NCBI GenBank assembly: GCA_963754235.1
Contig: CAVWFK010000036.1
Coordinates: 1-64,000 of the forward strand
Length of the DNA: 64,000 nt
DNA from: an uncultured Alphaproteobacteria bacterium
Lineage (GTDB): Bacteria > Pseudomonadota > Alphaproteobacteria > Acetobacterales > Acetobacteraceae
Direction: 5' to 3'
This document shows, piece by piece, positions 39,959 to 49,487 of this stretch (positions within the stretch are counted from its first letter, which is position 1; every line of letters starts with the position of its first letter). Under the pieces are notes generated by a model. It worked only from the letters and a program-made list of their open reading frames with translations. It did no database searches and had not been told where the DNA came from. Both the position numbers and the translations under genes were made by a program.

Positions 39959-40642
39959 ATGAGAAGCGAGGATGGGCAATTCGTGGCCGGCGCCAGCGGC
40001 AACCCTGGCGGGCGGCCGCGGGCGGTGCAGCAGGCGCGCGACCTGATCGAGGCGCTGGCCCCGGAACTGGTGATGACGCTGATGGAGATCGTGCGGGACC
40101 GCAAAGTGCCGGCCCGGGCGCGCGTCGCGGCGGCGATGGGGCTGCTCGACCGCCGCTACGGGCGACCGAAACAGCAGGTGAAGTGGGCGGACGGACTGAT
40201 CCTGCCGCTGCCCGACGACCAAGAGCGGGACGACGAAGAGCGGGGCGACGAAGAACCGGAGGAGCCCTGCCCGCCGGAGCCGCCCGCCGAGCCGGCCGCC
40301 GATGACGCTGCCCATGTCGACGCGGCGCCGGATGGCGATGAGCCTGCGGCCGAGCCGGTCGCGGCAGCCGCGGCCGAGCCGGACCCGGCCGTGACAAGCG
40401 ACGCGGCGGTGAAGCAGCCGGGCCGGCCGGACGAGGCGCCGCCGCGACCGTCCGACGAGCCGGCACCATCTCACCTCGCAGGTGGCGGATCATGGCGGTT
40501 CGGGATGGACCACGGAGCACGGTCCCCCCACGCCGGCCCCAACCCTGTTCTGAGGCGCCGCTTTCCCCACCCGGCGGTGGGGTCGCCAACTCCTGTTCTG
40601 AGGTGCGGCTTGATCCACCCCTGTCCTGAGGTGCGGCCCTGA
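39959..40642 (+). CDS. phage-related DUF5681-like protein with acidic low-complexity tail
   Basis: '..ASGNPGGRPRAVQQARDLIEALAPEL..' followed by a D/E/P-rich tail. Confidence 0.45.
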   Translation: MRSEDGQFVAGASGNPGGRPRAVQQARDLIEALAPELVMTLMEIVRDRKVPARARVAAAMGLLDRRYGRPKQQVKWADGLILPLPDDQERDDEERGDEEPEEPCPPEPPAEPAADDAAHVDAAPDGDEPAAEPVAAAAAEPDPAVTSDAAVKQPGRPDEAPPRPSDEPAPSHLAGGGSWRFGMDHGARSPHAGPNPVLRRRFPHPAVGSPTPVLRCGLIHPCPEVRP

Positions 40643-40666
40643 TCCGCCCCTGTTCTGAGGCGCGGA
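40544..40666. repeat. four direct repeats of 'CCTGTTCTGAGG(C/T)GCGG' at about 30-45-bp spacing
   Basis: Read directly from the sequence. Confidence 0.5.
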
Positions 40667-40689
40667 GCAGCGCGATGAGGGCCGGCGGA

Positions 40690-42006
40690 TCAGGCCGCCG
40701 CCGCCTCCCGTCCCACCTGCACCCGGGCGACGCGCCGCCCGTCCATCTCCAGCACCTCGAACCGCCAGCCGCCGAACACGATCCGGTCGCCCGAGCGCGG
40801 CACCCGCCGCAGCAGCGCCAGCAGCAGGCCGGCGAGCGTGTGATAGCTGCCCTCGCCCGGCAGGTCGGGCAGCAGCAGCCGCGCCTTGACCTCATCGACC
40901 GGCATCATCCCGTCCATCACCAGCGTCCCCTCCGGCGCCCCCTCCCCCACTGCCGGTGCCGGCCCGCCATCCTCGGGATCGCCGACGATCGCCTCCAGCA
41001 CATCGGTCGCCGTCACCACGCCCTCGAAGCTGCCGTATTCGTCCATCACCAGCGCCAGCCCCACCGGGTCCGATTTCAGCCGCTCCAGCGCATCGAGCGC
41101 GGTGACGGTATCGGGCACCACGATCGGGGTGCGCAGCGCCGCCGAGACCGACAGATCGCCGCCGTCGAGCAGCCGGTCCAGCATGTCCTTGGCCTGGACC
41201 ACGCCGACCACGTTATCGACCGAGCCATCGCACACGACGAAGCGGCTGTGGGGCGCGCCTTTCAGCGCTGCGATGATGTCGCGCTTCGGGTCGCCGCGGT
41301 CGACCCAGGCGAGTTCGGTGCGCGGCGTCATGATCGCGCGCACCGGCTTGTCGGCCAGCCGCAGCACGCGCTCGATGATGTCGCGCTCCTCGGCCTCCAG
41401 CACGCCTTCCTGCGCGCCCTCGGCGAGCAGCGCCCGCAGCTCCTCCTCGGTGACCCCCGCCCGCGCCGCGCGCGCCGGGCCGAACAGGCGCAGCACCAGC
41501 GCCGAGGAGACGCTCAGCAGCCACACGACCGGGCCGGTGATCCGCGAGAGCAGCGCGAGCGGGCGGGCGATGCGGGCCGCGATCGCCTCCGGCCGGCGGA
41601 GTGCCAACTGCTTGGGCACCAGCTCGCCGACCACCAGCGTCAGGTACGTGATCAGCAGCACCACCAGCACCAGCGACAGGCCGCCCGCGAATGGCCGCAG
41701 CCAGGTGACGCGGGACAGCGCGCCGCTCAGCGTCTCCGCCAGACGCGCGCCGCCGAACACCCCGGCCACCATCCCCACCAGCGTGATGCCCACCTGCACC
41801 GTCGGCAGGAAGCGCTGCGGCTCCTCGGTGAGCTGGCGCGCCGCCTGGGCCCCCGCCACGCCCTTGCGCTCCAGCACCAGCAGCCGCGCCCGCCGCGCCG
41901 AAACCAGCGCCAGCTCGCTCATCGCGAACACGCCGTTCAGCACGATCAGCAGCAGCACGACCACGATCTCGATCGCCAGCATCATGGCGTCCAGCATAGC
42001 CGGCAA
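40690..42006 (-). CDS. HlyC/CorC (CNNM) family transporter (DUF21-CBS-CorC domains)
   Basis: 438 aa. Confidence 0.85.
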   Translation of the reverse strand: MPAMLDAMMLAIEIVVVLLLIVLNGVFAMSELALVSARRARLLVLERKGVAGAQAARQLTEEPQRFLPTVQVGITLVGMVAGVFGGARLAETLSGALSRVTWLRPFAGGLSLVLVVLLITYLTLVVGELVPKQLALRRPEAIAARIARPLALLSRITGPVVWLLSVSSALVLRLFGPARAARAGVTEEELRALLAEGAQEGVLEAEERDIIERVLRLADKPVRAIMTPRTELAWVDRGDPKRDIIAALKGAPHSRFVVCDGSVDNVVGVVQAKDMLDRLLDGGDLSVSAALRTPIVVPDTVTALDALERLKSDPVGLALVMDEYGSFEGVVTATDVLEAIVGDPEDGGPAPAVGEGAPEGTLVMDGMMPVDEVKARLLLPDLPGEGSYHTLAGLLLALLRRVPRSGDRIVFGGWRFEVLEMDGRRVARVQVGREAAAA

Positions 42007-42089
42007 TGCGGTGCCAGCGCGAAATGGCGAGGGCGACGCGGCGCGGCGGCGGGGTTACAAGGGGCGGCGTCGCAATCGGAGAGGCCCGC

Positions 42090-42566
42090 ATGAACCGCCG
42101 CCTGCCCGCGCTCGCGATCCTGCTCGGCATCCTGGGCCTGATCCCCTTCATCGTCTGCGGCCTTGGCGGCGTCACCCTCCGCTGGCAGGAGAGCGCGCCG
42201 CAGCTTCTGGCGGCGCTGACGGCTTACGGGGCGGTGATCCTGGGCTTCCTGGGCGGGGTTCATTGGGGGTTCGCGCTCGGCGATGAGGCCGGGCGCGGCG
42301 AGCGGCCGCGGCTGGTGCTCGGCGTGGTGCCGCCGCTGATCGGCTGGGTGGCACTGCTGGTCCAGCTTGTGGCCCCGATCGAGGCGGGGATTGCCGTGTT
42401 GATCGCGGGCTACATCGGCGCGGGTGTGCTCGACGCCTCGTTGCGCCGGCAGGGCTTCGTGCCGTCCGGCTATCTGGCACTGCGCTGGGGCCTCACCGCC
42501 GCCGTTGTCGCGTTGCTGGCGACCGTCCTGGTGCTGCGGCTGGCCAGCGCGCATATCGTGCTCTGA
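42090..42566 (+). CDS. DUF3429-like membrane protein
   Basis: 'MNRRLPALAILLGILGLIPF..', four TM helices. SD 'GGAGAGG'. Confidence 0.55.
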   Translation: MNRRLPALAILLGILGLIPFIVCGLGGVTLRWQESAPQLLAALTAYGAVILGFLGGVHWGFALGDEAGRGERPRLVLGVVPPLIGWVALLVQLVAPIEAGIAVLIAGYIGAGVLDASLRRQGFVPSGYLALRWGLTAAVVALLATVLVLRLASAHIVL

Positions 42567-42616
42567 GGTTTGGAGCCGCGGGATTCAGACATCTCTCCGT
42601 AATGGCGCAGGCTCAA

Positions 42617-42770
42617 GCCCTCTCCGCCCCTCGGGGCGGAGAGGGTTGGGTGAGGTGGGGGCCGGCCGCGCGATGACCGATGCGGCGCGAGCGGCTAAGA
42701 GTATTCTCGCGGCGTCGGCGTTTCCCCCACCTCACCCCGACCCTCCCGCCCCGAGGGGCGGAGAGGGAGT
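42617..42770. repeat. large inverted repeat (arms about 45 bp, each with its own core palindrome 'CTCCGCCCCTCGGGGCGGAG')
   Basis: A second MITE/REP-like family. Confidence 0.5.
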
Positions 42771-42816
42771 TGAACGTCGTTGAAGGGCCGCCTGAGATGC
42801 GTCAATACCGCGGGAT

Positions 42817-43449
42817 GTGGAGGATGCGCGAATGGCCGAGCACGCGCTGATCGCAACGCTGCGCGCGGCCCGGGTGGTGCCGGTGATCCGCACTCGATCG
42901 GCGGCCAATGCCCGGACCGTCGTGGGTTGGCTGCGCGACGCCGGCCTGCGCGTCTTCGAGATCACCCTGACCGTGCCCGACGCACCGGCGCTGATCGCGG
43001 AACTCGCCGCCGACCCGGCCCTGCTGGTCGGCGCCGGAACGGTGCCGGACGCCGCCCGAGCGCGCGCGTGCCTTGACGCCGGCGCGCGGTTCATCGTCGC
43101 ACCCTGGGTCGATCCGTCCCTCGCCGCCCCGTGCCGGGACGCGGAAGCGGTGCTGATGCTGGGCGCGCTGACACCCACCGAGGTGCGCGCGGCCCTCGCC
43201 GCCGGGGCGGATGTGATAAAACTGTTCCCCGCCGCCTCCGCCGGCGGGCCCGGGCATGTCGCGGCGCTCGCGAGCGTGTTCCCCGGCGTTGCGTTCTGCC
43301 CCACGGGCGGGATCGCGCCGGCGCAGACGCCGGACTACCTCGCGGCGGGGGCCGCGTTCGTGGGCATCGGCGGCGCGCTCGTGGACGAGCGCCGGATCGC
43401 CGCCGGCGACCGCGCCGCGATCGAGGCCGCCGCGCGCGCGGTGCGGTGA
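42817..43449 (+). CDS. eda: KDPG / KHG aldolase
   Basis: '..VVPVIRT..EITLTVP..GAGTV..FCPTGGI..'. Confidence 0.8.
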   Translation: MEDARMAEHALIATLRAARVVPVIRTRSAANARTVVGWLRDAGLRVFEITLTVPDAPALIAELAADPALLVGAGTVPDAARARACLDAGARFIVAPWVDPSLAAPCRDAEAVLMLGALTPTEVRAALAAGADVIKLFPAASAGGPGHVAALASVFPGVAFCPTGGIAPAQTPDYLAAGAAFVGIGGALVDERRIAAGDRAAIEAAARAVR

Positions 43450-44423
43450 GCAGGGTGGGCTTCGACATCATCGCGATGGGCGAGCCGATGCTGGAGTTCA
43501 ACCAGCAGCCGGCCGGGCCGGACGGGCGGCGCCTCTATCTCGAAGGCCACGGCGGCGACACCTCCAACGCCGCGATCGCGGCGGCGCGGCAGGGGGCGCG
43601 GGCCGCCTACGCAACCTCGGTCGGTGCCGATGCGCCCGGCGACAGCTTCATCGCGCTCTGGCAGCGCGAGGGGGTGGACACCTCGCTGGTGCGGCGCGAT
43701 CCGGGGCGACCCACGGCGGTCTATTTCGTCACTCACGGGACCCACGGGCACGCGTTCACCTTCTATCGCACCGGCTCGGCCGCCAGCGCCTACGGCCCCG
43801 AAGACGTGCCCGTGGACGCGATCGCCGGCGCACGCTTCTTGTATGCCTCGGGGATCAGCCTCGGCATTTCGGCATCCGCCGCCGATGCGGTGTTCCGCGC
43901 GATCGAAGTCGCCCGCGCCGCCGGCGTCGCGGTGGCACTCGACACCAATTATCGCGCGCGGCTGTGGCCGGCAGCACGAGCCGCGGCGGTGATCCACGCC
44001 GCCGCGGCCGCGAGCGAGATCGTGCTGCCGACGATGGAGGATGCGCGCACGCTCACCGGCCTCACGGCGACCGACGCCGTGCTCGATTTCTATCTCCGCC
44101 TGGGTGCGAGACTGGTGGCACTCAAGATGGGGGAAGCGGGCGCGTGGCTCGCAACCCCCGAGCGGCGGGTCGCGATCGGCGCCCATCCGTGCCGCCCGGT
44201 CGATGCCACCGGCGCCGGCGATACGTTCGGCGGCAGCCTGCTCGCCCGCCTCGCCGCCGGCGACGCGCCCGAGGACGCCGCCCGCTACGCCGCCTGCGCC
44301 GCGGCGCTGGCAACCGAGGGCTACGGCGCGGTGGCACCGATCCCGCACGCTGCGGCGGTGCACGAGGCGCTGGCAGCCGGAGCGGTCACAGCAGCTCCCC
44401 GAGATGCCCTGCCCTCTCACTGA
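43446..44423 (+). CDS. PfkB-family sugar kinase (2-dehydro-3-deoxygluconokinase-like)
   Basis: '..DTNYRARLW..', 'GAGDTFGGSLLARL'. GTGA overlap with eda. Confidence 0.8.
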   Translation: MSRVGFDIIAMGEPMLEFNQQPAGPDGRRLYLEGHGGDTSNAAIAAARQGARAAYATSVGADAPGDSFIALWQREGVDTSLVRRDPGRPTAVYFVTHGTHGHAFTFYRTGSAASAYGPEDVPVDAIAGARFLYASGISLGISASAADAVFRAIEVARAAGVAVALDTNYRARLWPAARAAAVIHAAAAASEIVLPTMEDARTLTGLTATDAVLDFYLRLGARLVALKMGEAGAWLATPERRVAIGAHPCRPVDATGAGDTFGGSLLARLAAGDAPEDAARYAACAAALATEGYGAVAPIPHAAAVHEALAAGAVTAAPRDALPSH

Positions 44424-45577
44424 CCCGGCGCATACTTCGTTCCGGTGACCAGAGCAGCGGCCGCAAGGGCCGCGATAACGACGGCAAATACGATGTGGGC
44501 GGCGATCGAACTGGCGAGCGCCGACAATAGGCCAATCCCGATCACCGGCAGGGAATTGCCGGCATAGACGGCGACGAGATAGCCCGAGACCACCTCGCCA
44601 CGCATCTGCCCGGGTGCGATGCGGTTCACCACCTCCAGGCTGCCGCGGTAGCCGAGCGCGGCCGAGACGCCGCCGAGCACCGTGGCGAAGAGCAGGATCG
44701 GCATGGACAGGGCGACCTCCGCGACGACGAGGAGGCCCAGGCTGGGAAGCAGCACGGCCAAGCCGCTCAGCATGGCGGTTCGGCTGCTGAACTTGCCAGT
44801 CGCGATAACGGCCAGTGTGGAGACGGCAAACAGCTCGAACACGACAACGCCGGACATGGCCGGCGCGGTCTGATGCAATGTTTCCGCGAGCAGGTTCGGG
44901 ATGAGTGCCGCGTAGAAGCCAAGCAGGGCGAAGATCACGAACGCGGTGACAGCGGGGGACAGGAACTGGAGTCGGATTTGCTTTGGAACGCCAAGCCGGG
45001 GCCGCAGCGACAAGTCCCCGAACCGACGCACCGGGTCCTTCACCGTCTCCGGCGTGAACAGAATGGCGATACCGACTGCGAATAGCACAACCAAATAGAC
45101 GACGAAGGAGAGCCGCAACGGCCACGACGCGAACTGCGCCAGCAATCCCGCGAGCAGCGGCCCCACCGCGAGACCCACGAAGTTCGCCGCGGAAGCGATC
45201 CGCGCGGCGACTGCCTTGTCTCCTCGCGGCTGCAATTCCGCGATCCAGGCGGTCGCGGCGCCGGCGGCAAGCCCGGTGGCGAACCCGCTCAATACCCGCG
45301 CCACGAACAGCCACACTGTTCCGCCCGCGAGCGCGAACACCACGGTGCTGGCGAGACCGAATCCGATTGCCGGCAGGGTGGCGCTCCGACGGCCTATCTG
45401 GTCGGACAGGCGGCCGAACACAAACAGTGCAGCGAGATTGCCAAGCACATAAGTCGCATAGACCAGGGTCAGCGTAATCTCGGAAAACCCGAAGGCCCGG
45501 CGATAGAGCGGATACAAGGGTGTAGGAAGTGTCGCACCCACGAACATGATCGCAAGCTCGACCGCGACGATCGTCAT
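44417..45577 (-). CDS. MFS transporter
   Basis: 12 TM helices. Confidence 0.8.
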   Translation of the reverse strand: MTIVAVELAIMFVGATLPTPLYPLYRRAFGFSEITLTLVYATYVLGNLAALFVFGRLSDQIGRRSATLPAIGFGLASTVVFALAGGTVWLFVARVLSGFATGLAAGAATAWIAELQPRGDKAVAARIASAANFVGLAVGPLLAGLLAQFASWPLRLSFVVYLVVLFAVGIAILFTPETVKDPVRRFGDLSLRPRLGVPKQIRLQFLSPAVTAFVIFALLGFYAALIPNLLAETLHQTAPAMSGVVVFELFAVSTLAVIATGKFSSRTAMLSGLAVLLPSLGLLVVAEVALSMPILLFATVLGGVSAALGYRGSLEVVNRIAPGQMRGEVVSGYLVAVYAGNSLPVIGIGLLSALASSIAAHIVFAVVIAALAAAALVTGTKYAPGQ

Positions 45578-45749
45578 GCCGAAAGAGCCGCCTGGCCTCC
45601 GGTGCAGCTCGGTTTTCTCCAATGCAGAGGCCTTCCGGCATAGGGAAGTCTATGTTACTGGTCACTCTACTTGATCATTGCGGCCGGATGCCTCGGTCGG
45701 GACCGAAGCATTCGTGATTGTGATCCGCGGTCGGGCACGGCCGGGGCGG

Positions 45750-46445
45750 TCACAGCAGCTCTTCGAAGCGGCAGTTGACCAAAAGCTCGCCGATCGTGGC
45801 GTTGGACGGCAGCAGCAGCATGGTCTCGGTGAGGCGTGCCAGGTCGGCGGGCTGGATCATCTCGCGCGGCGGGATCGTCTTGACCCATCCGGTCATGTCG
45901 GTCGCGACGAAGCCGGGGCAGATCGCGGTCGCCCGCAGGCCGGCGTCCCAGCCTTCCCGCCGGATCGCCTGATTGAGCGCCAGCACGGCGAACTTGCTGA
46001 TCGCATAACCGACGTTTTCGTTCTTCACCCGCTTGCCCGAGAGCGAGGCGAAGGTTGCGACGCGGCCTTCCCCGCACGCCCGCAGATGCGGCACGGCAAG
46101 CCGCGTGAGGCGGAGCGGGCCTTTCACGTTGACCTCCCACATCCGGTCGAGCGGCCCTTCGTCGGCATCCTCGAGCCGCGCCACCGGGTTGATCCCGGCC
46201 GCGTTCACCAGCGCCTGGATGCGCCCGAAGCGCGCGACGGTCGCGGCGACCCACTCTTGCGCTGAGGCCACGCTCTCCGCGTCGTAGCGGTGCAGCATGA
46301 GACGGTCGCTCTCGCAGAGGCCGCGCGGCTCGCGCACCCCGGCCGAGACCAGGAAGCCGGACGCCAGCAGCCGCTCCGCGACCGCGCGGCCGATGCCGCG
46401 CGCCGCACCCGAGATCATCGCGACGCGGTCCTTGGGGTCGAGCAT
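45750..46445 (-). CDS. SDR family oxidoreductase
   Basis: 'MISGAARGIGRAVAERL'. Confidence 0.8.
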   Translation of the reverse strand: MLDPKDRVAMISGAARGIGRAVAERLLASGFLVSAGVREPRGLCESDRLMLHRYDAESVASAQEWVAATVARFGRIQALVNAAGINPVARLEDADEGPLDRMWEVNVKGPLRLTRLAVPHLRACGEGRVATFASLSGKRVKNENVGYAISKFAVLALNQAIRREGWDAGLRATAICPGFVATDMTGWVKTIPPREMIQPADLARLTETMLLLPSNATIGELLVNCRFEELL

Positions 46446-46536
46446 CCGCCTTCTCCATCAAAGTTGAGTGCCGAGTGTGCAACACCTCGCTGCTCTCCCG
46501 TTAGGCTGCGCGTTGACACTTCGGCACACAAAGGGG

Positions 46537-47532
46537 ATGGCCATGCGGAAGATCGCCGTGATTACCGGCGCCGGAGCGGGCGTCGGCCGCGCCACTGCGA
46601 CGGAGTTCGCACGCAACGGTTGCGACGTGGCGCTGCTGTCGCGCGATCCCGACCGGCTCGAACACGCGGCGGCCGAATTGCGGCGCTTCGGCGTGCGCAC
46701 CCTGCCGATACCGACCGATGTGGCGGATGCCGCGGCCGTGGAAGCTGCGGCCGAGCAAGTGGAGCGCGAGCTTGGCCCGATCGACGTCTGGGTGAACGTG
46801 GCGATGGCGACGGTGTTCGCGCCGGTGCACAAGCTGACCGCCGAAGAATTCCAGCGCGGCACCACGGTCACCTATCTCGGCCAGGTGCATGGCACGATGG
46901 CGGCGCTGAAGCGCATGCGCAGCCGCAATCGCGGCTCGATCGTCTGCGTCGGCTCCGCCCTCGCCTATCGGGCGGTGCCGCTGCAATCGGTCTATTGCGG
47001 TGCCAAGTTTGCCATCCGCGGCTTCCTCGGTGCGCTGCGGTCGGAGCTGTACCACGACAAGCTTGACATCAGCGTGACCGAAGTGGATTTGCCGGCGGTC
47101 AACACGCCGCAATTCGACTGGGCGCGGAACAAGATGGACCGCAAGCCGCAACCCGTGCCGCCGATCTTCCAGCCAGAGGTGCCGGCACGGGCGATCTATT
47201 TCGGCGCCTTCCATCCGCGGCGCCAGATCTGGGTGGGTTTCCCCACGGTGCGGGCAATTCTTGCCAACCGGATCGCGCCGGGGCTGATCGACCGCTATCT
47301 CGCCAAAGCCGGCTACACCGGCCAGCTCACCGATCAGCGGTCGGACCCCGATGCCCCCGGCAATCTGTTCGAGCCGGTGCCCGGCGCGTATGGCGCCCAC
47401 GGCCGCTTCGACGGGCGGGCGCGGACAAGAAGCTGGGAGGTGTTCACCAGCCGCCACCGCAATGCCGCCTGGGCGGCGGTGCTGGCAGGGCTGGTCGGCC
47501 TGCATCTGCTGGCCAGGCGGCTCAACATCTGA
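46537..47532 (+). CDS. SDR family oxidoreductase with C-terminal membrane anchor
   Basis: 'VITGAGAGVGRATA..YCGAKFA'. Confidence 0.8.
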   Translation: MAMRKIAVITGAGAGVGRATATEFARNGCDVALLSRDPDRLEHAAAELRRFGVRTLPIPTDVADAAAVEAAAEQVERELGPIDVWVNVAMATVFAPVHKLTAEEFQRGTTVTYLGQVHGTMAALKRMRSRNRGSIVCVGSALAYRAVPLQSVYCGAKFAIRGFLGALRSELYHDKLDISVTEVDLPAVNTPQFDWARNKMDRKPQPVPPIFQPEVPARAIYFGAFHPRRQIWVGFPTVRAILANRIAPGLIDRYLAKAGYTGQLTDQRSDPDAPGNLFEPVPGAYGAHGRFDGRARTRSWEVFTSRHRNAAWAAVLAGLVGLHLLARRLNI

Positions 47533-47541
47533 TGGCGGCGG

Positions 47542-47991
47542 CTACTTCAGATGGCACGGCTTGCGCGTTGGCGGAACGTGCAACTGAACCGTCATCAGCA
47601 CCGCCGGCACGTCGCCGATCGTGCCGGAGCGGTGGCCCTTGCGCCCGTCGCGCGGCGTGCAGCCCTGGTCCTCCCCGAACGAGAACTCGCCGGGTCCCTG
47701 CTCGATGCGCGTGCCGTCCATGGATTCGATCCACCAACGGCCGGAGAGCACGACGATCCATTGCGGCGCCGGGTTCTCGTGCCAGTCTCCGACCCAGCCG
47801 ACCGGCTGCACGGTGACGACAACCGTCGACGGGCAGCGGTCCTGCTTGTTGTTCCACTGGGGAGCGGCGCCGCCCACGCCCTTCAATTCGAACTCCGTCA
47901 GGGCGCACCGGGCCTGATGACTGACCCCGTCGGCGTCAACCCACAGGTGCCAATAGGGGATCTCCGGCCGCGGTCCCGTGTTCTCGGTCAT
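47542..47991 (-). CDS. cupin domain protein
   Basis: Start at the internal 'MTENTGPRPEIPYWHLWVD..'. Confidence 0.55.
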   Translation of the reverse strand: MTENTGPRPEIPYWHLWVDADGVSHQARCALTEFELKGVGGAAPQWNNKQDRCPSTVVVTVQPVGWVGDWHENPAPQWIVVLSGRWWIESMDGTRIEQGPGEFSFGEDQGCTPRDGRKGHRSGTIGDVPAVLMTVQLHVPPTRKPCHLK

Positions 47992-48103
47992 TCGCTCCTC
48001 CCCTCGACAGTGGCCGGGTATCTGCCTGAACTTTCCGCCCCGCGCGCCGTTCCGTCGGTCGCGCTCAGATGACGAACGCCGCGGAGACGGGAGGACGATC
48101 AGG

Positions 48104-48625
48104 ATGGGACCGAGCACCGTTATCGAGGCTGCGATCCGCTATCTCCTCGTAAGCCTGTTTTTCCCGTTCAGCGCTCTCGACAAGATCCTCAACTTCCAGG
48201 GAGCGGTGGATCAGGCGAAGGAGCTGATCCCCGCGGAAAAGCCCGCCAAGGCACTAATACTGGCGGGGCTCGGTGTCGAGATCCTGGGGCCTTTGGGGAT
48301 TTTAACGGGCGTCCTGGACCGCTCCGCCGCATTCGTCATGGCCGGGTATTGCGGCGTGACGGCACTGCTGTGGAAACGATTCTGGGAGCATGACGATCTG
48401 TTGCGCCCGGGCAAGAGCCAAGGACGTGACCTATTTTGGGACTTCCTGAAGAATTTCGGGTTGGCTGGCGGATTCCTGCTGATTACCTTTGGCACGCGAG
48501 CAGGGGCGACGCGCGGCTTTTTCGACAATCCCCTGTCCTCATCTCACCCCTATGTCAAACCAGGATCAGAAGATGGCCGTCGGGGTCACGCGCGACGCGT
48601 GGCGCGTCGCGCGGTGGGGCGGTGA
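48104..48625 (+). CDS. DoxX family membrane protein
   Basis: 'MGPSTVIEAAIRYLLVSLFFPFSALDKI..'. Confidence 0.6.
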   Translation: MGPSTVIEAAIRYLLVSLFFPFSALDKILNFQGAVDQAKELIPAEKPAKALILAGLGVEILGPLGILTGVLDRSAAFVMAGYCGVTALLWKRFWEHDDLLRPGKSQGRDLFWDFLKNFGLAGGFLLITFGTRAGATRGFFDNPLSSSHPYVKPGSEDGRRGHARRVARRAVGR

Positions 48626-49487
48626 GCGCCACCGTCACCCAATCCGTCGCCACATCGCGCGGGTCGGTAATTCCGGCCGGCCGGCCCGGCGGGCGATAGC
48701 CGAGCAGTTCCAGCCCGGGTCCGTTGTCCGAGGCAGGCCGCAGGCCCGTCACCCGTGCCCGCGCGCCGGCCAGCCCGTCCAGCCGAGCCTGAGCGGGGCC
48801 GCGGTTCCGTGTTTGGTCGCTCACCCGCAGCCCGAGCGCGCGATAGAAGCCGAGGCTGCGCCGGGTCGAGGCGATCGAGAGCGCGCTGTGGTCGATGCCC
48901 AGGAACAGGGCACCGGATAACTGGGCACCGGATGCGTCCTGGTGCCAGACAGCGCGGCCCTGGCCGGGCGGAAACCAGATCAGCTCCAGCGGGTGGCCAT
49001 CCGGATCGTGGAACTTGAACGCCCGCACGGCGCCATTCGCCGGCGGCAGCAATTGTGGCCCATTCTCGCTGATCGCTCGCCAGCCCGTGCACGCGCCAAG
49101 ATGCGCGTAGGCAGCATCGATGTCGCTCACCACGATCGCCATATGCTGGAACCACAGATCGTTGCTCCGGCTGTCGGGCGGGTATGGCCGGCCAAGCGTT
49201 GCCGGTCGCACCAGCGCAATGGTCTGCGCGCCCAGCCGCATCACCACCTCGCTCGTGCCGTCATCGCTGAGGCCGAGTGCTGCCAGCGTCGCGCGGTCGC
49301 TCGGTCCTCGCGCGATCGCGCAAAACCCGAGCGCGTCGCGATAGAACGCCTCCGCCCGGTCGAGGTCGGATACCACGCGGCTGATGCGCAGGATGTGCTC
49401 TGCCTGAAACCGGCGGTGCCGCGACCGGCCGGCGGCCCACAGCAGAGCGGCCGCCGCGAGGAGCATGGCCGCGCGGGCGATCGTCAC
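48555..49487 (-). CDS. VOC family protein (two glyoxalase-like domains)
   Basis: 310 aa, N-terminal TM helix. Confidence 0.7.
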   Translation of the reverse strand: MTIARAAMLLAAAALLWAAGRSRHRRFQAEHILRISRVVSDLDRAEAFYRDALGFCAIARGPSDRATLAALGLSDDGTSEVVMRLGAQTIALVRPATLGRPYPPDSRSNDLWFQHMAIVVSDIDAAYAHLGACTGWRAISENGPQLLPPANGAVRAFKFHDPDGHPLELIWFPPGQGRAVWHQDASGAQLSGALFLGIDHSALSIASTRRSLGFYRALGLRVSDQTRNRGPAQARLDGLAGARARVTGLRPASDNGPGLELLGYRPPGRPAGITDPRDVATDWVTVALTAPPRDAPRVARDPDGHLLILV

